The notes beneath the pieces were generated by a model. The model worked only from the letters and a program-made list of their open reading frames with translations. It was not told the DNA's origin and searched no databases. Both the position numbers and the translations under genes were made by a program. From Eledone cirrhosa (taxonomy: Eukaryota), in the NCBI GenBank assembly GCA_964016885.1, contig OZ024754.1, forward strand, positions 20,026,001-20,090,000: 64,000 nucleotides of DNA, in the 5' to 3' direction. This document shows, piece by piece, positions 43,001-56,570 of the stretch (positions within the stretch are counted from its first letter, which is position 1; each line of letters begins with the position of its first letter).

Positions 43001-44899
43001 TCTTCCATGATATAGTTACTTTAGTTTCAACACAGTCTTAGATCAAATCACTTGCCAGACTGTGGCTAAAATGACTCTTCCATGATATAGTTACTTTAGT
43101 TTCAACACAGTCTCAGATCAAGTTACTTGCCAGACATGTACAACTATGGCTAAAATGACTCTTCCGTGATATAGTTACTTGTGTTTCAACACAGTCACAG
43201 ATCAAGTCACTTGCCAGACATGTACAACTGTGGCTAAAATGACTCTTCCATGATATAGTTACTTTAGTTTCAACACAATCTCAGAACAAGTCACTTGCCA
43301 GACATGTACAACCGTGACTAAAATGACTCTTCCATGATATAGTTACTTTAGTTTCAACACAGTCACAGATCAAGTCACTTGCCAGACGTGTACAACTGTG
43401 GCTAAAATAACTCTTCCGTGATATATTTACTTTAGATTCAACACAGTCTCAGATCCTGTCACTTGCGAGACATGTACAACTGTGGCTAAAATGACTCTTC
43501 CATGATATAGTTACTTTAGTTTCAACACAGTTTCAGATCAGATCACTTGCCAGACACGTACCACTGTGGGTAAAATGACTCTTCCATGATATAGTTACTT
43601 TAGTTTCAACACAGTTTCACATCAAGTCACTTGCCAGACATGTACAACTGTGGCTAAAATAACTCTTCCATGATATAGTTACTTTAGTTTCAACACAATC
43701 TCAGATCCAGTCACTTGCGAGACATGTACAACTGTGGCTAAAATGACTCTTCCATGATAAAGTTACTTTAGTTTCAACACGGTCTTAGATCAAGTCACTT
43801 GCCAGACTGTGGCTAAAATGACTCTTCCATGATATAGTTACTTTAGTTTCAACACAGTCACAGATCAAGTCACTTGCCAGGCATGTACAACTGTGGCTAA
43901 AATGACTCTTCCATGATATAGTTACATTAGTTTCAACACAGTCTCAGATCCTGTCACTTGCGAGACATGTACAACTGTGGCTAAAATGACTCTTCCATGA
44001 TAAAGTTACTTTAGTTTCAACACGGTCTTAGATCAAGTCACTTGCCAGACTGTGGCTAAAATGACTCTTCCATGATATAGTTACTTTAGTTTCAACACAG
44101 TCACAGATCAAGTCACTTGCCAGGCATGTACAACTGTGGCTAAAATGACTCTTCCATGATATAGTTACTTTAGTTTCAACACAATCTCAGATCCTGTCAC
44201 TTGCGAGACATGTACAACTGTGGCTAAAATGACTCTTCCATGATATAGTTACTTTAGTTTCAACACGGTCTTAGATCAAGTCACTTTCCACACTGTGGCT
44301 AAAATGACTCTTCCATGATATAGTTACTTTAGTTTTCAAACAGTCTCAGATCAAGTAACTTGCTAGACATGTATAACTGTGGCTAAAATGACTCCTCCAT
44401 GATATAGATACTTTAGTTTCAACACAATCTCAGATCAAGTTACTTGCCAGACATGTACAACTATGGCTAAAATGACTCTTCCGTGATATAGTTACTTGTG
44501 TTTCAACACAGTCACAGATCAAGTCACTTGCCAGACATGTACAACTGTGGCTAAAATGACTCTTCCATGATATAGTTACTTTAGTTTCAACACAATCTCA
44601 GAACAAGTCACTTGCCAGACATGTACAACCGTGACTAAAATGACTCTTCCATGATATAGTTACTTTAGTTTCAACACAGTCACAGATCATGTCACTTGCC
44701 AGACGTGTACAACTGTGGCTAAAATGACTCTTCCGTGATATATTTACTTTAGATTCAACACAGTCTCAGATCCTGTCACTTGCGAGACATGTACAACTGT
44801 GGCTAAAATGACTCTTCCATGATATAGTTACTTTAGTTTCAACACAGTTTCACATCAAGTCACTTACCAGACATGTACAACTGTGGCTAAAATGACTCT

Positions 44900-45860
44900 T
44901 CCATGATAAAGTTACTTTAGTTTCAACACGGTCTTAGATCAAGTCACTTGCCAGACTGTGGCTAAAATGACTCTTCCATGATATAGTTACTTTAGTTTCA
45001 ACACAGTCACAGATCAAGTCACTTGCCAGGCATGTACAACTGTGGCTAAAATGACTCTTCCATGATAAAGTTACTTTAGTTTCAACACGGTCTTAGATCA
45101 AGTCACTTGCCAGACTGTGGCTAAAATGACTCTTCCATGATATAGTTACTTTAGTTTCAACACAGTCACAGATCAAGTCACTTGCCAGGCATGTACAACT
45201 GTGGCTAAAATGACTCTTCCATGATATAGTTACATTAGTTTCAACACCGTCTCAGATCCTGTCACTTGCGAGACATGTACAACTGTGGCTAAAATGACTC
45301 TTCCATGATAAAGTTACTTTAGTTTCAACACGGTCTTAGATCAAGTCACTTGCCAGACTGTGGCTAAAATGACTCTTCCATGATATAGTTACTTTAGTTT
45401 CAACACAGTCACAGATCAAGTCACTTGCCAGGCATGTACAACTGTGGCTAAAATGACTCTTCCATGATATAGTTACTTTAGTTTCAACACAATCTCAGAT
45501 CCTGTCACTTGCGAGACATGTACAACTGTGGCTAAAATGACTCTTCCATGATATAGTTACTTTAGTTTCAACACGGTCTTAGATCAAGTCACTTGCCAGA
45601 CTGTGGCTAAAATGACTCTTCCATGATATAGTTACTTTAGTTTCAACACAGTCACAGATCAAGTCACTTGCCAGGCATGTACAACTGTGGCTAAAATGAC
45701 TCTTCCATGATATAGTTACTTTAGTTTCAACACAATCTCAGATCCTGTCACTTGCGAGACATGTACAACTGTGGCTAAAATGACTCTTCCATGATATAGT
45801 TACTTTAGTTTCAACACGGTCTTAGATCAAGTCACTTGCCACACTGTGGCTAAAATGACT
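44900..45860. repeat. Local 243-bp trimeric higher-order repeat (84+84+75)
   Basis: Marker GCCAGGCATG at 45184, 45427 and 45670 (period 243), preceded by a 159-bp dimer (45025). The same trimer runs occur at ~35.0-35.5, 43.8-44.3, 52.4-53.2 and 61.9-62.5 kb. Confidence 0.85.
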
Positions 45861-47054
45861 CTTCCATGATATAGTTACTTTAGTTTCAACACGGTCTTAG
45901 ATCAAGTCACTTGCCACACTGTGGCTAAAATGACTCTTCCATGATATAGTTACTTTAGTTTTCAAACAGTCTCAGATCAAGTAACTTGCCAGACATGTAT
46001 AACTGTGGCTAAAATGACTCCTCCATGATATAGTTACTTTAGTTTCAACACAGTTGCAGATCAGGTCACTTGCCAGACACGTACCACTGTGGCTAAAATG
46101 ACTCTTCCATGATATAGTTACTTTAGTTTTAACACGGTCTCAGATCAACTCACTTGCCAGACATGTACAACTGTGGCTAAAATGACTCTTCCATGATATA
46201 GTTACTTTAGTTTCAACACGGTCTTAGATCAAGTCACTTGCCACACTGTGGCTAAAATGACTCTTCCATGATATAGTTACTTTAGATTTCAAACAGTCTC
46301 AGATCAAGTAACTTGCTAGACATGTATAACTGTGGCTAAAATTACTCTTCCATGATATAGTTACTTTAGTTTCAACACAGTCACAGATCAAGTCACTTGC
46401 CAGACATGTACAACTATGGCTAAAATGACTCTTCCATGATATAGTTACTTTAGTTTCAACACAATCTCAGATCAAGTCACTTGCCAGACATGTACAACTG
46501 TGGCTAAAATGACTCTTCCATGATATAGTTACTTTAGTTTCAGCACAGTCACAGATCAAGTCACTTGCCATACATGTACAACTATGGCTCAAATGAATCT
46601 TCCATGATATAGTTACTTTAGTTTCAACACAGTCTCAGATCAAGTCACTTGTCATACGTGTACAACTGTGGCTAAAATGACTCTTCCATGATATAGTTAC
46701 TTTAGTTTCAACACAATCTCAGATCAAGTCACTTGCCAGACATGTACAACCGTGACTAAAATGACTCTTCCATGATATAGTTACTTTAGTTTCAACATAG
46801 TCACAGATCAAGTCACTTGCCAGACATGTACAACTGTGGCTAAAATGACTCTTCCATGACATAGTTACTTTAGTTTCAACACAGTTTCAGATCAGGTCAC
46901 TTGCCAGACACGTACCACTGTGGCTAAAATGACTCTTCCATGATATAGTTACTTTAGTTTCAACACAGTTTCAGATCAGGTCACTTGCCAAACATGTACA
47001 ACTGTGGCTAAAATAACTCTTCCATGATATAGTTACTTTAGTTTCAACACAATC

Positions 47055-50000
47055 TCAGATCAAGTCACTTGCCAGACATGTACAACTGTGGCTAAAATGA
47101 CTCTTCCATGATATAGTTACTTTATTATCAACACAGTCACAGATCAAGTCACTTGCCAGATGTGTACAACTGTGGCTAAAATGACTCTTCCGTGATATAT
47201 GTACTTTAGTTTCAACACAGTCTCAGATCCTGTCACTTGCGAGACATGTACAACTGTGGCTAAAATGACTCTTCCGTGATATAGTTACTTTAGTTTCAAA
47301 ACAGTCTCAGATCAAGTCACTCGCTAGACATGTATAACTGTGGCTAAAATGACTCTTCCATGATATAGTTACTTTAGTTTCAACACAATCTCAGATCCTG
47401 TCACTTGCGAGACATGTACAACTGTGGCTAAAATGACTCTTCCATGATATAGTTACTTTAGTTTCAACACGGTCTTAGATCAAGTCACTTGCCACACTGT
47501 GGCTAAAATGACTCTTCCATGATATAGTTACTTTAGTTTTCAAACAGTCTCAGATCAAGTAACTTGCTAGACATGTATAACTGTGGCTAAAATGACTCCT
47601 CCATGATATAGTTACTTTAGTTTCAACACAGTTGCAGATCAGGTCACTTGCCAGACACGTACCACTGTGGCTAAAATGACTCTTCCATGATATAGTTACT
47701 TTAGTTTTAACACGGTCTCAGATCAACTCACTTGCCAGACATGTACAACTGTGGCTAAAATGACTCTTCCATGATATAGTTACTTTAGTTTCAACACGGT
47801 CTTAGATCAAGTCACTTGCCACACTGTGGCTAAAATGACTCTTCCATGATATAGTTACTTTAGATTTCAAACAGTCTCAGATCAACTAACTTGCCAGACA
47901 TGTATAACTGTGGCTAAAATGACTCCTCCATGATATAGTTACTTTAGTTTCAACACAGTTGCAGATCAGGTCACTTGCCAGACACGTACCACTGTGGCTA
48001 AAATGACTCTTCCATGATATAGTTACTTTAGTTTTAACACGGTCTCAGATCAACTCACTTGCCAGACATGTACAACTGTGGCTAAAATGACTCTTCCATG
48101 ATATAGTTACTTTAGTTTCAACACGGTCTTAGATCAAGTCACTTGCCACACTGTGGCTAAAATGACTCTTCCATGATATAGTTACTTTAGATTTCAAACA
48201 GTCTCAGATCAAGTAACTTGCTAGACATGTATAACTGTGGCTAAAATTACTCTTCCATGATATAGTTACTTTAGTTTCAACACAGTCACAGATCAAGTCA
48301 CTTGCCAGACATGTACAACAATGGCTAAAATGACTCTTCCATGATATAGTTACTTTAGTTTCAACACAATCTCAGATCAAGTCACTTGCCAGACATGTAC
48401 AACTGTGGCTAAAATGACTCTTCCATGATATAGTTACTTTAGTTTCAGCACAGTCACAGATCAAGTCACTTGCCATACATGTACAACTATGGCTCAAATG
48501 AATCTTCCATGATATAGTTACTTTAGTTTCAACACAGTCTCAGATCAAGTCACTTGTCATACGTGTACAACTGTGGCTAAAATGACTCTTCCATGATATA
48601 GTTACTTTAGTTTCAACACAATCTCAGATCAAGTCACTTGCCAGACATGTACAACCGTGACTAAAATGACTCTTCCAGGACATAGTTACTTTAGTTTCAA
48701 CACAATCTGAGATCAAGTCACTTGCCAGACATGTACAACTGTGACAAAAATGACTCTTCCATGATATAGTTACTTTAGTTTCAACACAGTTTCAGATCAG
48801 GTCACTTGCCAGACACGTACCACTGTGGCTAAAATGACTCTTCCATGATATAGTTACTTTAGTTTCAACACAGTTTCACATCAAGTCACTTGCCAGACAT
48901 GTACAACTGTGGCTAAAATAACTCTTCCATGATATAGTTACTTTAGTTTCAACACAATCTCAGATCCTGTCATTTGCGAGACATATACAACTGTGGCTAA
49001 AATGACTCTTCCATGATATAGTTACTTTAGTTTCAACACGGTCTTAGATCAAGTCACTTGCCAGACTGTGGCTAAAATGACGCTTATATGATATAGTTAC
49101 TTTAGTTTTAAAACAGTCTCAGATCAAGTCCCTTGTAAGACATGTATAACTGTGGCTAGAATTACTCTTCCATGATATAGTTACTTTAGTTTCAACACAG
49201 TCTCAGTTCAAGTCACTTGCCTGACATGTACAACTGTGACTATAATGACTCTTCCATGATATAGTTACTTTAGTTTCAACACAGTCTCAGATCAACTCAC
49301 TTGCCAGACATGTACAACTGTGGCTAAAATGACTCTTCCATGATATAGTTACTTTAGTTTCAACACAATCTCAGATCAAGTCACTTGCCAGACATGTACA
49401 ACTGTGACTATAATGACTCTTCCATGATATAGTTGCTTTAGTTTCAACACAGTCACAGATCAAGTCACTTGCCAGACATATACAACTGTGGCTAAAATGA
49501 CTCTTCTGTGATATAGTTACTTTAGTTTCAACACAGTCTCAGATCAAGTCACTTGTCATACATGTACAACTGTGGCTAAAATGACTCTTCCATGATATAG
49601 TTACTTTAGTTTCAACACAATCTCAGATCAAGTCACTTGCCAGACATGTACAACTCTGACTAAAATGACTCTTCCATGATATAGTTACTTTAGTTTCAAC
49701 ACAATCTGAGATCAAGTCACTTGCCAGACATGTACAACTGTGACAAAAATGACTCTTCCATGATATAGTTACTTTAGTTTCAACACAGTCTCAGATCAAG
49801 TCACTTGCCAGACATGTACAACTGTGGCTAAAATGACTCTTCCATGATATAGTTACTTTATTATCAACACAGTCACAGATCAAGTCACTTGCCAGATGTG
49901 TACAACTGTGGCTAAAATGACTCTTCCGTGATATATTTACTTTAGTTTCAACACAGTCTCAGATCCTGTCACTTGCGAGACATGTACAACTGTGGCTAAA

Positions 50001-52956
50001 ATGACTCTTCCGTGATATAGTTACTTTAGTTTCAAAACAGTCTCAGATCAAGTCACTCGCTAGACATGTATAACTGTGGCTAAAATGACTCTTCCATGAT
50101 ATAGTTACTTTAGTTTCAACACAATCTCAGATCCTGTCACTTGCGAGACATGTACAACTGTGGCTAAAATGACTCTTCCATGATATAGTTACTTTAGTTT
50201 CAACACGGTCTTAGATCAAGTCACTTGCCACACTGTGGCTAAAATGACTCTTCCATGATATAGTTACTTTAGTTTTCAAACAGTCTCAGATCAAGTAACT
50301 TGCTAGACATGTATAACTGTGGCTAAAATGACTCCTCCATGATATAGTTACTTTAGTTTCAACACAGTTGCAGATCAGGTCACTTGCCAGACACGTACCA
50401 CTGTGGCTAAAATGACTCTTCCATGATATAGTTACTTTAGTTTTAACACGGTCTCAGATCAACTCACTTGCCAGACATGTACAACTGTGGCTAAAATGAC
50501 TCTTCCATGATATAGTTACTTTAGTTTCAACACGGTCTTAGATCAAGTCACTTGCCACACTGTGGCTAAAATGACTCTTCCATGATATAGTTACTTTAGA
50601 TTTCAAACAGTCTCAGATCAAGTAACTTGCTAGACATGTATAACTGTGGCTAAAATTACTCTTCCATGATATAGTTACTTTAGTTTCAACACAGTCACAG
50701 ATCAAGTCACTTGCCAGACATGTACAACTATGGCTAAAATGACTCTTCCATGATATAGTTACTTTAGTTTCAACACAATCTCAGATCAAGTCACTTGCCA
50801 GACATGTACAACTGTGGCTAAAATGACTCTTCCATGATATAGTTACTTTAGTTTCAGCACAGTCACAGATCAAGTCACTTGCCAGACATGTACAACTATG
50901 GCTCAAATGAATCTTCCATGATATAGTTACTTTAGTTTCAACACAGTCTCAGATCAAGTCACTTGTCATACATGTACAACTGTGGCTAAAATGACTCTTC
51001 CATGATATAGTTACTTTAGTTTCAACACAGTCACAGATCAAGTTACTTGCCAGACATGTACGGCTATGGCTAAAATGACTCTTCCATGATATAGTTACTT
51101 TAGTTTCAACACAATCTCAGATCAAGTCACTTGCCAGACATGTACAACTGTGGCTAAAATGATTCTTCCATGATATAGTTACTTTAGTTTCAACACAATC
51201 TCAGATCAAGTCACTTGCCAGACATGTACAACTGTGACTATAATGACTCTTCCATGATATAGTTACTTTAGTTTCAACACAGTCACAGATCAAGTCACTT
51301 GTCATACATGTACAACTGTGGCTAAAATGACTCTTCTGTGATATAGTTACTTTAGTTTCAACACAGTCTCAGATCGAGTCACTTGTCATACATGTACAAC
51401 TGTGGCTAAAATGACTCTTCCATGATATAGTTACTTTAGTTTCAACACAATCTCAGATCAGGTCACTTGCCAGACATGTACAACTCTGACTAAAATGACT
51501 CTTCCATGATATAGTTACTTTAGTTTCAACACAATCTGAGATCAAGTCACTTGCCAGACATGTACAACTGTGATAAAAATGACTCTTCCATGATATAGTT
51601 ACTTTAGTTTCAACACAGTTTCAGATCAGGTCACTTGCCAAACATGAACAACTGTGGCTAAAATGACTCTTCCATGATATAGTTACTTTAGTTTCAACAC
51701 AGTCTTAGATCAAATCACTTGCCAGACTGTGGCTAAAATGACTCTTCCATGATATAGTTACTTTAGTTTGAACACAGTCTCAGATCAAGTTACTTGCCAG
51801 ACATGTACAACTATGGCTAAAATGACTCTTCCGTGATATAGTTACTTGTGTTTCAACACAGTCACAGATCAAGTCACTTGCCAGACATGTACAACTGTGG
51901 CTAAAATGACTCTTCCATGATATAGTTACTTTAGTTTCAACACAATCTCAGAACAAGTCACTTGCCAGACATGTACAACCGTGACTAAAATGACTCTTCC
52001 ATGATATAGTTACTTTAGTTTCAACACAGTCACAGATCAAGTCACTTGCCAGACGTGTACAACTGTGGCTAAAATGACTCTTCCGTGATATATTTACTTT
52101 AGATTCAACACAGTCTCAGATCCTGTCACTTGCGAGACATGTACAACTGTGGCTAAAATGACTCTTCCATGATATAGTTACTTTAGTTTCAACACAGTTT
52201 CAGATCAGATCACTTGCCAGACACGTACCACTGTGGGTAAAATGACTCTTCCATGATATAGTTACTTTAGTTTCAACACAGTTTCACATCAAGTCACTTG
52301 CCAGACATGTACAACTGTGGCTAAAATAACTCTTCCATGATATAGTTACTTTAGTTTCAACACAATCTCAGATCCAGTCACTTGCGAGACATGTACAACT
52401 GTGGCTAAAATGACTCTTCCATGATAAAGTTACTTTAGTTTCAACACGGTCTTAGATCAAGTCACTTGCCAGACTGTGGCTAAAATGACTCTTCCATGAT
52501 ATAGTTACTTTAGTTTCAACACAGTCACAGATCAAGTCACTTGCCAGGCATGTACAACTGTGGCTAAAATGACTCTTCCATGATATAGTTACATTAGTTT
52601 CAACACAGTCTCAGATCCTGTCACTTGCGAGACATGTACAACTGTGGCTAAAATGACTCTTCCATGATAAAGTTACTTTAGTTTCAACACGGTCTTAGAT
52701 CAGGTCACTTGCCAGACTGTGGCTAAAATGACTCTTCCATGATATAGTTACTTTAGTTTCAACACAGTCACAGATCAAGTCACTTGCCAGGCATGTACAA
52801 CTGTGGCTAAAATGACTCTTCCATGATATAGTTACTTTAGTTTCAACACAATCTCAGATCCTGTCACTTGCGAGACATGTACAACTGTGGATAAAATGAC
52901 TCTTCCATGATATAGTTACTTTAGTTTCAACACGGTCTTAGATCAAGTCACTTGCC
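47055..52956. repeat. Copy 1 of a ~5.9-kb near-identical block (offset 9516)
   Basis: Variants recur at +9516: TTTATTATCA 47121/56637, ACAACAATGG 48315/57831, CCTTGTAAGA 49131/58647, AGTTTGAAC 51765/61281, GGTCTTAGATCAGG 52691/62207. Confidence 0.92.
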
Positions 52957-53209
52957 AGACTGTGGCTAAAATGACTCTTCCATGATATAGTTACTTTAGT
53001 TTCAACACAGTCACAGATCAAGTCACTTGCCAGGCATGTACAACTGTGGCTAAAATGACTCTTCCATGATATAGTTACTTTAGTTTCAACACAATCTCAG
53101 ATCCTGTCACTTGCGAGACATGTACAACTGTGGCTAAAATGACTCTTCCATGATATAGTTACTTTAGTTTCAACACGGTCTTAGATCAAGTCACTTGCCA
53201 CACTGTGGC

Positions 53210-55740
53210 TAAAATGACTCTTCCATGATATAGTTACTTTAGTTTCAACACGGTCTTAGATCAAGTCACTTGCCACACTGTGGCTAAAATGACTCTTCCA
53301 TGATATAGTTACTTTAGTTTTCAAACAGTCTCAGATCAAGTAACTTGCCAGACATGTATAACTGTGGCTAAAATGACTCCTCCATGATATAGTTACTTTA
53401 GTTTCAACACAGATGCAGATCAGGTCACTTGCCAGACACGTACCACTGTGGCTAAAATGACTCTTCCATGATATAGTTACTTTAGTTTTAACACGGTCTC
53501 AGATCAACTCACTTGCCAGACATGTACAACTGTGGCTAAAATGACTCTTCCATGATATAGTTACTTTAGTTTCAACACGGTCTTAGATCAAGTCACTTGC
53601 CACACTGTGGCTAAAATGACTCTTCCATGATATAGTTACTTTAGATTTCAAACAGTCTCAGATCAAGTAACTTGCTAGACATGTATAACTGTGGCTAAAA
53701 TTACTCTTCCATGATATAGTTACTTTAGTTTCAACACAGTCACAGATCAAGTCACTTGCCAGACATGTACAACTATGGCTAAAATGACTCTTCCATGATA
53801 TAGTTACTTTAGTTTCAACACAATCTCAGATCAAGTCACTTGCCAGACATGTACAACTGTGGCTAAAATGACTCTTCCATGATATAGTTACTTTAGTTTC
53901 AGCACAGTCACAGATCAAGTCACTTGCCATACATGTACAACTATGGCTCAAATGAATCTTCCATGATATAGTTACTTTAGTTTCAACACAGTCTCAGATC
54001 AAGTCACTTGTCATACGTGTACAACTGTGGCTAAAATGACTCTTCCATGATATAGTTACTTTAGTTTCAACACAATCTCAGATCAAGTCACTTGCCAGAC
54101 ATGTACAACCGTGACTAAAATGACTCTTCCATGATATAGTTACTTTAGTTTCAACATAGTCACAGATCAAGTCACTTGCCAGACATGTACAACTGTGGCT
54201 AAAATGACTCTTCCATGACATAGTTACTTTAGTTTCAACACAGTTTCAGATCAGGTCACTTGCCAGACACGTACCACTGTGGCTAAAATGACTCTTCCAT
54301 GATATAGTTACTTTAGTTTCAACACAGTTTCACATCAAGTCACTTGCCAGACATGTACAACTGTGGCTAAAATAACTCTTCCATGATATAGTTACTTTAG
54401 TTTCAACACAATCTCAGATCCTGTCATTTGCCAGACATGTACAACTGTGGCTAAAATGACTCTTCCATGATATAGTTACTTTAGTTTCAACACGGTCTTA
54501 GATCAAGTCACTTGCCACACTGTGGCTAAAATGACTCTTCCATGATATAGTTACTTTAGTTTTCAAACAGTCTCAGATCAAGTAACTTGCCAGACATGTA
54601 TAACTGTGGCTAAAATGACTCCTCCATGATATAGTTACTTTAGTTTCAACACAGATGCAGATCAGGTCACTTGCCAGACACGTACCACTGTGGCTAAAAT
54701 GACTCTTCCATGATATAGTTACTTTAGTTTTAACACGGTCTCAGATCAACTCACTTGCCAGACATGTACAACTGTGGCTAAAATGACTCTTCCATGATAT
54801 AGTTACTTTAGTTTCAACACGGTCTTAGATCAAGTCACTTGCCACACTGTGGCTAAAATGACTCTTCCATGATATAGTTACTTTAGATTTCAAACAGTCT
54901 CAGATCAAGTAACTTGCTAGACATGTATAACTGTGGCTAAAATTACTCTTCCATGATATAGTTACTTTAGTTTCAACACAGTCACAGATCAAGTCACTTG
55001 CCAGACATGTACAACTATGGCTAAAATGACTCTTCCATGATATAGTTACTTTAGTTTCAACACAATCTCAGATCAAGTCACTTGCCAGACATGTACAACT
55101 GTGGCTAAAATGACTCTTCCATGATATAGTTACTTTAGTTTCAGCACAGTCACAGATCAAGTCACTTGCCATACATGTACAACTATGGCTCAAATGAATC
55201 TTCCATGATATAGTTACTTTAGTTTCAACACAGTCTCAGATCAAGTCACTTGTCATACGTGTACAACTGTGGCTAAAATGACTCTTCCATGATATAGTTA
55301 CTTTAGTTTCAACACAATCTCAGATCAAGTCACTTGCCAGACATGTACAACCGTGACTAAAATGACTCTTCCATGATATAGTTACTTTAGTTTCAACATA
55401 GTCACAGATCAAGTCACTTGCCAGACATGTACAACTGTGGCTAAAATGACTCTTCCATGACATAGTTACTTTAGTTTCAACACAGTTTCAGATCAGGTCA
55501 CTTGCCAGACACGTACCACTGTGGCTAAAATGACTCTTCCATGATATAGTTACTTTAGTTTCAACACAGTTTCACATCAAGTCACTTGCCAGACATGTAC
55601 AACTGTGGCTAAAATAACTCTTCCATGATATAGTTACTTTAGTTTCAACACAATCTCAGATCCTGTCATTTGCCAGACATGTACAACTGTGGCTAAAATG
55701 ACTCTTCCATGATATAGTTACTTTAGTTTCAACACGGTCT
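53210..55740. repeat. Tandem duplication of a 1242-bp block (15 monomers, 2 short)
   Basis: AGATGCAG at 53411/54653 and CTGTCATTTGCCAG at 54421/55663. Confidence 0.88.
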
Positions 55741-56570
55741 TATATCAAGTCACTTGCCAGACTGTGGCTCAAATGACGCTTCTATGATATAGTTACTTTA
55801 GTTTTAAAACAGTCTCAGATCAAGTCCCTTGCTAGACATGTATAACTGTGGCTAAAATTACTCTTCCATGATATAGTTACTTTAGTTTCAACACAGTCTC
55901 AGTTCAAGTCACTTGCCAGACATGTACAACTGTGACTATAATGAATCTTCCATGATATAGTTACTTTAGTTTCAACACAGTCTCAGATCAACTCACTTGC
56001 CAGACATGTACAACTGTGGCTAAAATGACTCTTCCATGATATAGTTACTTTAGTTTCAACACAATCTCAGATCAAGTCACTTGCCAGACATGTACAACTG
56101 TGACTATAATGACTCTTCCATGATATAGTTACTTTAGTTTCAACACGGTCACAGATCAAGTCACTTGCCAGACATATACAACTGTGACTAAAATGACTCT
56201 TCTGTGATATAGTTACTTTAGTTTCAACACAGTCTCAGATCAAGTCACTTGTCATACATGTACAACTGTGGCTAAAATGACTCTTCCATGATATAGTTAC
56301 TTTAGTTTCAACACAATCTCAGATCAAGTCACTTGCCAGACATGTACAACTCTGACTAAAATGACTCTTCCATGATATAGTTACTTTAGTTTCAACACAA
56401 TCTGAGATCAAGTCACTTGCCAGACATGTACAACTGTGACAAAAATGACTCTTCCATGATATAGTTACTTTAGTTTCAACACAGTCACAGATCAAGTCAC
56501 TTGCCAGAAATGTAAAACTATGGCTCAAATGACTCTTCCATGATATAGTTACTTTAGTTTCAACACAGTC

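Noticed and set aside
76-56528. The 14 minus-strand ORFs of 69-86 aa (MSHSCTCLASDLICDCVETK...)
   Set aside because: They arise only where consecutive monomers happen to lose the consensus TGA (to TGT/TCA/AGA). They start at TTG rather than ATG, are pure repeat translation and have no promoter or RBS context. I used them only as positional markers.
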